30,271 nucleotides of DNA from a virus. Taxonomy: Duplodnaviria; Caudoviricetes. Position numbers and translations under genes: made by a program. Shown in pieces: positions 18,701 to 26,182 of the stretch; within the stretch, counting starts at the first letter, position 1; every line of letters starts with the position of its first letter. The stretch is from positions 1 to 30,271 of IMG/VR virus record IMGVR_UViG_3300032233_001245; one strand, 5' to 3'. The notes beneath the pieces were generated by a model. It did not search any database. It worked only from the letters and a program-made list of their open reading frames with translations, and had not been told where the DNA came from.

Positions 18701-19271
18701 ACCCACAAATGGAGATTTAACACAAAATCTTATACATGCGGACAATGCAAATAAATCATCCGTTGGTATTGAAATATGTAATATTAACTGGTTAAAACCA
18801 TCTAAAACTAGTGGACAGTGGAAAGATTCAGTTGGTGGTGATTTTACCCCTGCAAAGAGAGCAGCACATAATACCCCTAAGGGAACTGGTGGTGTTGCCT
18901 ATGATTTAGGATGGAAATTTATGGGATATCAATATTATGAAGATTATACGGATGCACAAATAGCTTCATTAAAATTAACTTTAAAAGAAATTATAAGTAA
19001 GTGCCCTAATATCCTAAATGGAGGTAAACTTAACTATAGTGCAGATGAAAATAATATCCTTGAAACTGTGTGGCAGTTACCTCTTGGAGGGAAGGCTCCT
19101 ACTAAAGGAACAAGTTATACATCTGCTAGAAATGTAAAAAATAATGGAACTAATTCTTTAAGAGGAATATACGTACACGCTACAACCGATGGAGGAACAC
19201 ACAACGATACCCATCCTTCTCCAAAATTAATTAAAATGTTACAAGAATTAAAATCAGAATTAGGAGCATAA
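15708..19271 (+). CDS. Baseplate hub protein fused to a C-terminal N-acetylmuramoyl-L-alanine amidase (tail-associated lysin)
   Basis: Hub-like N-terminus (RPMPGITSIDV, YMRPGYTVLVEWGW) and end (GISHTVGNSDWTTKI), then a Gly/Ser/Asn linker (about 18481-18536), then Amidase_2 motifs IILHNT, ATHYIVDRGG, SVGIEICN, YTDAQIASL, IYVH and HND. Confidence 0.8.
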   Translation: MSIFRKSFSDKIKESLEVRQTSMVTRNVDSIQYLNSRNSWIRMTSSVNIGSATDNTIAQQNVLLGGALNNNKSLRKGVGNTGNEAYSNKTTSNIDYRLGIRPMPGITSIDVKSKSAYGSLREVVVHFQCWDIHQLEELEQLYMRPGYTVLVEWGWFPYIQKGKNGAAEIVTKAPDFYDILGKKATELSVIAKELYNKSLASGGNYDATFGYIKNYQWSARPDGGYDCQTTIISTGEIIESLKVNYVRPDLMDYKMYDKTSLSGDGYLNPEFSVQGNIPSIDFIDSYEKNTLAGIWTELYYKMIYPGTTFANGGIFDTIATSRGVNRNDLYYMSKNLQFNNVTNNTVSVGSKQKLGNYQVWITLDVILEFINKYVTAKSSGGEPLIKLSLTTSNITNTKSEELLCLAHPLQVSVDPTVCLIKSPLWYEDSNAQNIIVNAGANTNVQALVTEAQSIVAALDAASGAASTDEQGIANAVARITSETLYDLVNTELSVVKPQGKTNLQDLLNDQFDPQDYTEANSCVASLIRPTPNGPGLTSSFRYYTSSNNKAGTTIYYFEKNSITIAKSATQTQTNATAAAQIAAGLPNAFKAAATLSGIPLNYFYNNKSDSELGIIRNIYVNLDFLYKTAIDSNIESQDHKEKNEISLYKYVKSIMTAINSSLGSMNNFEVHVDPIDNNVARIIDINYTSPDKPTNLFELQVHNLNSVVRNYSLQSQIFPEQSAMVAIGSQVKGGQLGVQNNTMIDFNKGLVDRIIPTKEFPQNNSSYNANKNIVGASLANIILLFSTFEAGGTTTTDIGSIYAQAKSSLRDIIVYFQNIVKSSSSNRSIIPIKFSFEMDGIGGLVIGHLFKINKDILPNGYYKANLAQTVTGISHTVGNSDWTTKIDALNIILDDPATKPTFSANVDITSIVKDALDALVAGVTSNNSSGNSGGGNSGGGNNNLKVHSSGTRKIDDVYQIILHNTNGYLDANGELAGFISGQYTATHYIVDRGGNIVKPTNGDLTQNLIHADNANKSSVGIEICNINWLKPSKTSGQWKDSVGGDFTPAKRAAHNTPKGTGGVAYDLGWKFMGYQYYEDYTDAQIASLKLTLKEIISKCPNILNGGKLNYSADENNILETVWQLPLGGKAPTKGTSYTSARNVKNNGTNSLRGIYVHATTDGGTHNDTHPSPKLIKMLQELKSELGA

Positions 19272-19753
19272 TGAGAATACCTAAAAACATAATATCTGAA
19301 AATCTATATACCTCAGGAGATGAGTTTGTTGATATTAAAACAAATGCTCTATATCAAGGATATTATTATGAGTACAAAGCAAAATTTTATGCTGGTGATA
19401 CTTTTAATTATCAAGCCCCAGAAATAGTAAAAATAAAAGCATCTAATTCATTACTTAATAATATATCAACAGTAATATTTTCAGCCTTAAGTGGAATAAC
19501 ATCACAAGCATTAACATCAGCAGTAGTAAAAGGAAATCCTATTGATACTGAAAATAAAACAGTTATATTTTTTAGCAGACAAGTAAATATTCAACCAACC
19601 CTTATTAAATCTATCGATGAAAATACTTATATTTCTATTCAAAAGGATGCTTTATATCAAACCATATACATAGGCACTTATAAAGGAAATACTATAACAG
19701 CAGATCAAGCATATACTCAGATGCCTGGCTTAAAAGAATTTTTGGAGGGCTAA
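19271..19753 (+). CDS. Hypothetical protein, last gene of the tail module
   Basis: TAATG overlap with the hub gene, suggesting translational coupling. Confidence 0.7.
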   Translation: MRIPKNIISENLYTSGDEFVDIKTNALYQGYYYEYKAKFYAGDTFNYQAPEIVKIKASNSLLNNISTVIFSALSGITSQALTSAVVKGNPIDTENKTVIFFSRQVNIQPTLIKSIDENTYISIQKDALYQTIYIGTYKGNTITADQAYTQMPGLKEFLEG

Positions 19754-19771
19754 AATCTAGTCTTATATTTC
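19742..19771 (+). promoter_or_regulatory. Bacteroidota-type promoter (TTGG-N18-TATATTTC) upstream of the replication module
   Basis: TTTGG 19741-19745, TATATTTC 19764-19771, ATG at 19788. Confidence 0.6.
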
Positions 19772-19787
19772 GTCAAATAAAAAGGTT

Positions 19788-21071
19788 ATGTTTTACATTA
19801 TAGAGCGTCTAGACCAGCTAGAAAAGCTGGGTGACTTTGGAGACTGTTTCGTCAGCTTCATACCCAAAAGCAATAAGTACCATCCTGCACTGACTGAATT
19901 AAGTTTAGTTTATGTTAGGGATCTTATAAGAACTAAAGGATTTATGTTGTGTATCAACCACAACGAATCATTTGGTTTAAATAAGGAAGATGTTAAATGG
20001 TGGTTACTTAACAATACACAGAAATTATGGGTGCTGGATAAGAAAGAAGCATTATATTACTTTAACCAACCACAAAAATTATTCGATGTAAATTTCATTC
20101 AACATACACATAAGGTACCTACCAACTGTAGCGAATTTTACTACACACAACATTACTATTTACCTAATGTTAATTGCTTAATACCAATTAGCAAACATTA
20201 CGAAGAGTGGGAAAATACATTCGATATCGTTGCGCCTATTATTGCATCATTTACACTAAATGATCAATTTATCTTTAATAACGAACATGCGACTAATGTA
20301 TTCTATCAGCTCGAATCAAGCGGCATAAAGCTCAATAAAGATTGTTTCATCGACTATTACCAAGGTAGATTACCCCACCCAGAATTCAATTTATCTCGCG
20401 GAAAAATATACACACATTACAATTTATATACAACAACGTCGCGTCCATCTAACACATTTAACAGCGTTAATTTCGCTGCATTAAATAAAGATGACGGTGA
20501 GCGTATGTGTTATATGCCTGAGAATGATATGTTTATCGAAATGGACTTCCAAGGTTACCACCCACGCTTAATTGGTGAGATGGTTAATTTTGATTTTCCT
20601 AAAGATCGCAACACATATGATTTATTAGGTGAATTATTAGGTGTAACACAGCAAGAAGCTAAAGAATTAACATTCAAGCAGTTATACGGTGGTGTGTGGA
20701 GCGAATATCAATCCAAACCATTCTTTGAAAAGGTGTTAAGCTATATAGATGATATGTGGGTTACGTACCAATATGGAAAGCAATATAAAACGGAAAATAA
20801 AATATTTATGCCTGACGTTAATATTACTCAAGCTAAATTATTTAATTATATAGTTCAGAGTAAAGAAACGTCAACCAACGTCAAATTATTAGGAAAGTTA
20901 TTTGATTATTTAGAAAATAAAAAAACCAAAGTAGTATTATACACGTATGATGCGTTTTTGTTTGATTACAGTAAAGAAGACGGCGACATATTACAAGATA
21001 TAGTAAATATGCTTGAATATCCTGTAACAATTAAGCAAGGAAATACATACCACGGTTTAACTAAAATATAA
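19788..21071 (+). CDS. Truncated, divergent family A DNA polymerase-like protein
   Basis: GKIYTHYNLYTTTSRPS (compare GRIHTSFNQ..TGRLSS); motif A MDFQGYHPRL; motif B EAKELTFKQLYG; motif C YTYDAFLFD; only 427 aa. Confidence 0.85.
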   Translation: MFYIIERLDQLEKLGDFGDCFVSFIPKSNKYHPALTELSLVYVRDLIRTKGFMLCINHNESFGLNKEDVKWWLLNNTQKLWVLDKKEALYYFNQPQKLFDVNFIQHTHKVPTNCSEFYYTQHYYLPNVNCLIPISKHYEEWENTFDIVAPIIASFTLNDQFIFNNEHATNVFYQLESSGIKLNKDCFIDYYQGRLPHPEFNLSRGKIYTHYNLYTTTSRPSNTFNSVNFAALNKDDGERMCYMPENDMFIEMDFQGYHPRLIGEMVNFDFPKDRNTYDLLGELLGVTQQEAKELTFKQLYGGVWSEYQSKPFFEKVLSYIDDMWVTYQYGKQYKTENKIFMPDVNITQAKLFNYIVQSKETSTNVKLLGKLFDYLENKKTKVVLYTYDAFLFDYSKEDGDILQDIVNMLEYPVTIKQGNTYHGLTKI

Positions 21072-21080
21072 ATATTTATA

Positions 21081-21494
21081 ATGGACTATACATTTTTAGA
21101 TTTGAACAAATTATTCTGCACATTTACCAGGCCTGATGACTTAGAGAACATCGTTTCTACTATCAATCGCCGTCACGCCATCTTATACAATAAGATATTT
21201 ATCCTTGAATCGCCTCAGAGCGACGAATTGATGTGCACATACAACATAGATGCAGGCAACTCATCAGATGCCCCATTACCAAATACTATATTATTGCACC
21301 GCAAAAAGGAAAGCAATACATTGTACACAATCAATGCTCTTAATACATTGATTAAATCACTAAATAAAGGTGTGCTAGACACAAAATATATTGTAAATTG
21401 GCATGACTATAAGAACAGCATATTGCTTACTAATGGCCCCGATTTACGCAAATTAGATACATCTATTTATAAGATCATAGATTTTAATAAGTAG
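21081..21494 (+). CDS. Conserved hypothetical phage protein (start may be TTG at 21102)
   Basis: NKLFCTF...CTYNID...LHRKKESNTLYTINALN; lies between the PolA-like gene and SSB. Confidence 0.75.
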   Translation: MDYTFLDLNKLFCTFTRPDDLENIVSTINRRHAILYNKIFILESPQSDELMCTYNIDAGNSSDAPLPNTILLHRKKESNTLYTINALNTLIKSLNKGVLDTKYIVNWHDYKNSILLTNGPDLRKLDTSIYKIIDFNK

Positions 21495-21496
21495 TT

Positions 21497-21527
21497 TTGG
21501 CTGTCTAAATTTCCTATCTTATATTCA
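21497..21527 (+). promoter_or_regulatory. Bacteroidota-type promoter (TTGG-N19-TATATTCA) upstream of ssb
   Basis: TTTTGG ends at 21500, TATATTCA 21520-21527, ATG at 21547. Confidence 0.62.
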
Positions 21528-21546
21528 AGTCTAAAATAAAACAGTT

Positions 21547-22380
21547 ATGGATTTAAATCTGGCAAAGCAGAAGTTAGCCGCTGCACAAAACAAAGGTGGT
21601 CAACAAAGAGAAAAAATTGACTACACTAAAATTTTCTTTAAACCAAAAGCAGGTAAGTACCAAGTAAGAATTCTACCTTCAACGTATGATAAGGCATGGC
21701 CTATCCGTGAAGTACAGTTCCACTATGGTTTCTCAAAAGGACCTATTTTGGCATTATCAAACTGGGGTGAAGCAGATCCAATTGCTGATTTTGCTAAAAA
21801 TCTTCGTAAGTCATCTGACAGAGAAGATTGGCAATTAGCTAAAAAGATCGAGCCGAAATCTCGTTATTTCGCTGCTGTAATCGTACGTGGTGAAGAACAC
21901 TTAGGTGCTCGCTTATGGGAGTTTGGTAAATTAACAAACGATCAATTATTAGGTATTGCTGCTGATGAAGATTATGGTGATTACACCGATATCACAGATG
22001 GTAGAGACTTTACTATTGATGCTGTTGAAGATGTTATTGCTGGTAGAAAGGGTATTAAATGTAACCTTCGTATCAAACCAAAAACAACTCCAATCTCTGA
22101 AGATGCAGCGTTAGTAGAAAAAGTACTTAACGAGCAACCTGATATTTTGGCAATCAATCGTAGATACACTTACGAGGCTTTAAAAGAAATCTTGACTAAA
22201 TGGTTAAATCCAGAGGAAGAGGCAACCGCTACTGAATCTCCAATTGCATCTGCTGATGTTGATGAGGAAGATGATTTCATTAAAGAAATAAACAAACCAG
22301 TAACACCAGCTTATTCTCTAGAAATCCCTGCAGCTAAAACTAGCAATGCAGATAAATTTAACGATCTATTCAACGACTAA
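21547..22380 (+). CDS. Single-stranded DNA-binding protein (T4 gp32-like)
   Basis: FFKP..GKYQVRILP, FHYG, LWEFGK and DITDGRDF motifs; acidic C-terminal tail ending FNDLFND. Confidence 0.85.
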   Translation: MDLNLAKQKLAAAQNKGGQQREKIDYTKIFFKPKAGKYQVRILPSTYDKAWPIREVQFHYGFSKGPILALSNWGEADPIADFAKNLRKSSDREDWQLAKKIEPKSRYFAAVIVRGEEHLGARLWEFGKLTNDQLLGIAADEDYGDYTDITDGRDFTIDAVEDVIAGRKGIKCNLRIKPKTTPISEDAALVEKVLNEQPDILAINRRYTYEALKEILTKWLNPEEEATATESPIASADVDEEDDFIKEINKPVTPAYSLEIPAAKTSNADKFNDLFND

Positions 22381-22382
22381 TT

Positions 22383-23465
22383 ATGGCAAAAAGTAAAGAC
22401 AGCTTAACGACTGTAGTATCCGAATCGTTAAAAAAATCATTTAACATTGATGCATTTAAGAAATCTAAATTCTTAGATCAGTCTGTTAAATTTAAACCAC
22501 AAAGATGGATTAAACTGTCTGAAGCTTTCCAAGATATCATTTCATTACCTGGTATTCCGATGGGCCACATAAGTTTATTACGTGGTCACTCGGACACTGG
22601 TAAAACAACAGCAATGTTAGAGGCAGCAGTAGCAGCTCAAAAAATGGGTGTACTACCTGTCTTTATCATTACTGAAATGAAATGGAATTGGGAGCACGCT
22701 CAACAAATGGGCTTTGAAATGGAACCTGTAGTTGACACTGAAACAGGTGAAATTGTAGATTATAAAGGTTTCTTCTTATACATCGATAGAGGTGCACTAA
22801 ATACAATTGAAGATGTAGCAGCTTTTATTGCTGATTTATTAAGCGAACAAGCAGCAGGTAAATTACCATTTGACTTATGTTTCTTCTGGGATTCTGTAGG
22901 ATCTATTCCTTGTAGATTATCAGTTGAATCTAATAAGAATAATAATGAGTGGAACGCTGGAGCTATGTCTCAACAGTTTGGTAACTTTATTAATCAAAAA
23001 GTTATCTTATCTCGTAAAGAAAACCAACCATATACTAATACGATGGTGTGTGTTAATAAGGTGTGGGTTGCAAAACCAAATTCACCTATGGAACAGCCTA
23101 AAATGAAAAATAAAGGCGGTGATACAATGTTCTTTGATTCATCACTTGTAGTAACATTTGGTAATATTTCAAACAGTGGTACTAGTAAGATTAAAGCAAC
23201 TAAAGATGGTAAAGACGTCGAATTTGCTAAACGTACTAAAATATCAGTTGATAAAAACCACGTTACAGGTGTTCAAACTAAAGGCACTGTTACAATGACA
23301 GTTCATGGTTTCATTGCTGACGATAAGAAAGCAATTGATCTATACAAGAAAGAACATTCTAAAGATTGGTTACAAATTCTAGGTTCAGCTGACTTTGACG
23401 TTGTTGAAGAAGATGAAATGGAAGAAAATTTTAAAGAAATAAATTTAGTAGATGTCGAAGAGTAA
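22383..23465 (+). CDS. recA: RecA/UvsX-like recombinase
   Basis: Walker A GHSDTGKTT, Walker B FFWDSVG, KGG motif and DKNH; follows SSB. Confidence 0.88.
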   Translation: MAKSKDSLTTVVSESLKKSFNIDAFKKSKFLDQSVKFKPQRWIKLSEAFQDIISLPGIPMGHISLLRGHSDTGKTTAMLEAAVAAQKMGVLPVFIITEMKWNWEHAQQMGFEMEPVVDTETGEIVDYKGFFLYIDRGALNTIEDVAAFIADLLSEQAAGKLPFDLCFFWDSVGSIPCRLSVESNKNNNEWNAGAMSQQFGNFINQKVILSRKENQPYTNTMVCVNKVWVAKPNSPMEQPKMKNKGGDTMFFDSSLVVTFGNISNSGTSKIKATKDGKDVEFAKRTKISVDKNHVTGVQTKGTVTMTVHGFIADDKKAIDLYKKEHSKDWLQILGSADFDVVEEDEMEENFKEINLVDVEE

Positions 23466-24480
23466 ATATGAACAATTACTCTCTAACGTACAACCAGACA
23501 TCAGAAAAGAACTAAGCTCAATTTTAATCATAGACGGCCTCAATACATTTTTGAGGTCGTTTACTATGATTAATCATATAAATCCGGATGGACATCATAT
23601 TGGTGGACTTACTGGTTTTTTAAAGTCAATAGGTTATGCCATTAGAATGGCTGATCCAACTAAAGTAGTTATTGTATTTGATGGTGTTGGTGGTTCAAAC
23701 GCTAGGAGGAATCTGTTCCCCGCATATAAAGCAAACCGTAATGCTAATCGCATGACGAACTACTCTATCTTTCAGTCTAAAGCTGAAGAGCAAGAAAGTA
23801 TTAACAATCAAATGGAACGTTTGATTCAATACCTTAAATGCTTACCCGTTACTATTACTAGTATTGATGGTTTAGAGGCTGATGATATTATTGGATATTT
23901 AGCTACTAAATTTCAGTCACATGATGATACTCAAAAAGTAACTATCATGTCTGCTGATAAAGACTTCCTACAATTAGTATCAGATAAAGTACATTGCTAC
24001 TCTCCTGTTAAGAAAAAAATATACACACCAAAAGATGTATTAGAAGAATTTGGTGTTAGTAGTTATAATTTTCTAAACTATAAAGTATTAATGGGGGATT
24101 CATCTGATAACATACCTGGTATAACTGGTTTAGGCCCTAAAAAACTAATTAAATTATTCCCAGAATTAAATAGCAATGTTAATGTTACATTAGATAGCAT
24201 TATAGAAAAATCAGCTGAATTAATTAATGAAAATAAATTGTATTTATCTGTTGTAGAAAGACGACACCAATTAGCTATTAATCATCAACTAATGTCTTTG
24301 AATGGTAGTTTCTTATCACCAGAGAATAAACAATTGGTTAAAGATGCATTTACCGATTCCTATGAATTAAATATACCGATATTCTTGCAATTATACCACA
24401 ATGATAAATTAGGTGAAAGTATTCCTAATGTACAATCATGGTTATCACAATTATTTGGTTATCCAAATTCTTTTAAATAA
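23452..24480 (+). CDS. 5'-3' exonuclease / flap endonuclease (PolI N-terminal domain or T4 RNase H-like)
   Basis: IIDGLN, VFDG, YKANR, LEADDIIG, SADKDFLQL and GDSSDNIPGITGLGPK motifs. Confidence 0.95.
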   Translation: MSKSKYEQLLSNVQPDIRKELSSILIIDGLNTFLRSFTMINHINPDGHHIGGLTGFLKSIGYAIRMADPTKVVIVFDGVGGSNARRNLFPAYKANRNANRMTNYSIFQSKAEEQESINNQMERLIQYLKCLPVTITSIDGLEADDIIGYLATKFQSHDDTQKVTIMSADKDFLQLVSDKVHCYSPVKKKIYTPKDVLEEFGVSSYNFLNYKVLMGDSSDNIPGITGLGPKKLIKLFPELNSNVNVTLDSIIEKSAELINENKLYLSVVERRHQLAINHQLMSLNGSFLSPENKQLVKDAFTDSYELNIPIFLQLYHNDKLGESIPNVQSWLSQLFGYPNSFK

Positions 24481-24489
24481 ATTTAAGTT

Positions 24490-25866
24490 ATGACAACGTT
24501 ACAAAAATTATCAACATACGGACCCGTATTTCAAATAAAAGTATTAGGAGCCTTGCTAACGCAACGACAATTCCTAATTAACATTATAGACTCACTCGAT
24601 TCAGAGTATTTTGAATCATCAGCACATAAGTGGGTTATTGAATATATTCAAAAGTACTTCAGTGAATATCACACAACACCAACAGTAGAAACATTATCTA
24701 TTGAGGTAAAGAAGATTGAAAATGAAGTATTAAGAATATCAATAGCTGAAGCGCTAAGAGAAGCATATAAAATGTCTGATCAAAGTGATTTAGAATGGGT
24801 TGAAAATGAATTTAGTACCTTCTGTCGTAACCAACAAGTTAAAAAAGCAATATTAGGTTCAGTTCAGTTACTTGAAATGAATGATTTTGAAAGTATATTG
24901 CAACTAATCAGTAAAGCAGTTAACGCAGGTGAAGATAAAACGATAGGATTAGATTATAATTTAGATATTGAAGCTAGATATCGTGAAGATGATAGAAACT
25001 GTATTCCCTTCCCATGGCCTGTATTTAATGATATGACACAAGGTGGTTATGGTAAAGGCGATTTAGTGTTAGTATTCGGCAATCCTGGAGGTGGTAAGTC
25101 ATGGGCTATTACAGCAATGGGTGCTTATGCTGCAGCATTAGGATATAATGTAGTACACTATTCACTTGAATTAGGTGAAGGTTATGTAGGTAAAAGATAT
25201 GATGCTGTATTTTCAGGTATCGAAGTTGATAAATTACATTTACATCGTAAAGAGGTTGATGAGATTGTAGGTAAAGTAAAAGGTAAGGTTATTATTAAAG
25301 AATACCCACCTAAAAGAGCATCATTCGATACGATAGAGGCACACTTACAACAATTAGAACACCAAAACGATTTCAAACCAGATTTAATTATCATTGACTA
25401 TCTAGATTACATGCGTACACGCTCTAGAAAAGAACGTAAGGAAGAAATTGATGATGTTTATGTTGCTGCTAAAGCATTCGCTAAAGAAAAAGGTATACCT
25501 GTTGTATCACCATCACAAGCAAATAGAGGCGCAGCTAAATCAGATATTATTGAAGGTGATAATGCAGCTGGTTCATATGAAAAGATTATGATTGGTGATA
25601 TTATATTATCATTAGCTCGTAAACGTAAAGATAAAATTGAAGGAACTGGTAACTGGCACATCATGAAAAATAGATATGGTGCTGACGGAATGACATTTAG
25701 ATCTAGAATAAACACATCGAACGGATATATTGATATAGATAACAACCCAGTTGATGACGATGATATTGAAGTAGGTTCGCAAAATAAAGCTGTGAACGAT
25801 TTCTCAAGTGTGGGGGCAGAAGAAAGACAAATGCTTAATAAGAAGTTTTTCAAACTTGAAAACTAA
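24490..25866 (+). CDS. Replicative DnaB-like (SF4) helicase
   Basis: Walker A GNPGGGKS, YSLEL, IIIDYLD, SQANR and KNRYG. Confidence 0.93.
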   Translation: MTTLQKLSTYGPVFQIKVLGALLTQRQFLINIIDSLDSEYFESSAHKWVIEYIQKYFSEYHTTPTVETLSIEVKKIENEVLRISIAEALREAYKMSDQSDLEWVENEFSTFCRNQQVKKAILGSVQLLEMNDFESILQLISKAVNAGEDKTIGLDYNLDIEARYREDDRNCIPFPWPVFNDMTQGGYGKGDLVLVFGNPGGGKSWAITAMGAYAAALGYNVVHYSLELGEGYVGKRYDAVFSGIEVDKLHLHRKEVDEIVGKVKGKVIIKEYPPKRASFDTIEAHLQQLEHQNDFKPDLIIIDYLDYMRTRSRKERKEEIDDVYVAAKAFAKEKGIPVVSPSQANRGAAKSDIIEGDNAAGSYEKIMIGDIILSLARKRKDKIEGTGNWHIMKNRYGADGMTFRSRINTSNGYIDIDNNPVDDDDIEVGSQNKAVNDFSSVGAEERQMLNKKFFKLEN

Positions 25867-25907
25867 TTAAGGTATATACTATATTTATAACTACAACAAT
25901 AAAAATT

Positions 25908-26168
25908 ATGATAAAGGTTAAACGATTTACGGCTACATGGTGTGGCCCATGCCGAATTCTTGCTCCAATTTTTGAACAATTTGAAGCAAGCTTTCCAGAT
26001 GTTATATTTGAAACAATAGACGTTGACGAAGATAAAGAAGCAGCGGCAGAAAATTTTGTTACCTCAATCCCTACCGTTATATTTACAAAAGACGGAGTTG
26101 CAAAACAACGTTTTACTGGTATTCAACCAAAGTCTATGTATGTAGACACTATTAACTCACTAAAATAA
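25908..26168 (+). CDS. trxA: Thioredoxin
   Basis: WCGPC active site, IDVD and SIPT; adjacent to the RNR gene. Confidence 0.95.
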   Translation: MIKVKRFTATWCGPCRILAPIFEQFEASFPDVIFETIDVDEDKEAAAENFVTSIPTVIFTKDGVAKQRFTGIQPKSMYVDTINSLK

Positions 26169-26182
26169 AAACTGGAATTAAA

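Noticed and set aside
7061-19271. Extracellular contractile injection system or tailocin
   Set aside because: The tail genes run directly into phage replication, RNR and DNA-modification genes. A lytic phage is the simpler reading, although head genes are outside the window.
507-25853. Other minus-strand and nested alternative-frame ORFs in the track (e.g. 6055-6363, 12053-12370, 25458-25853, 3269-3451)
   Set aside because: They lie within or across well-supported + strand genes and show no recognisable motifs.
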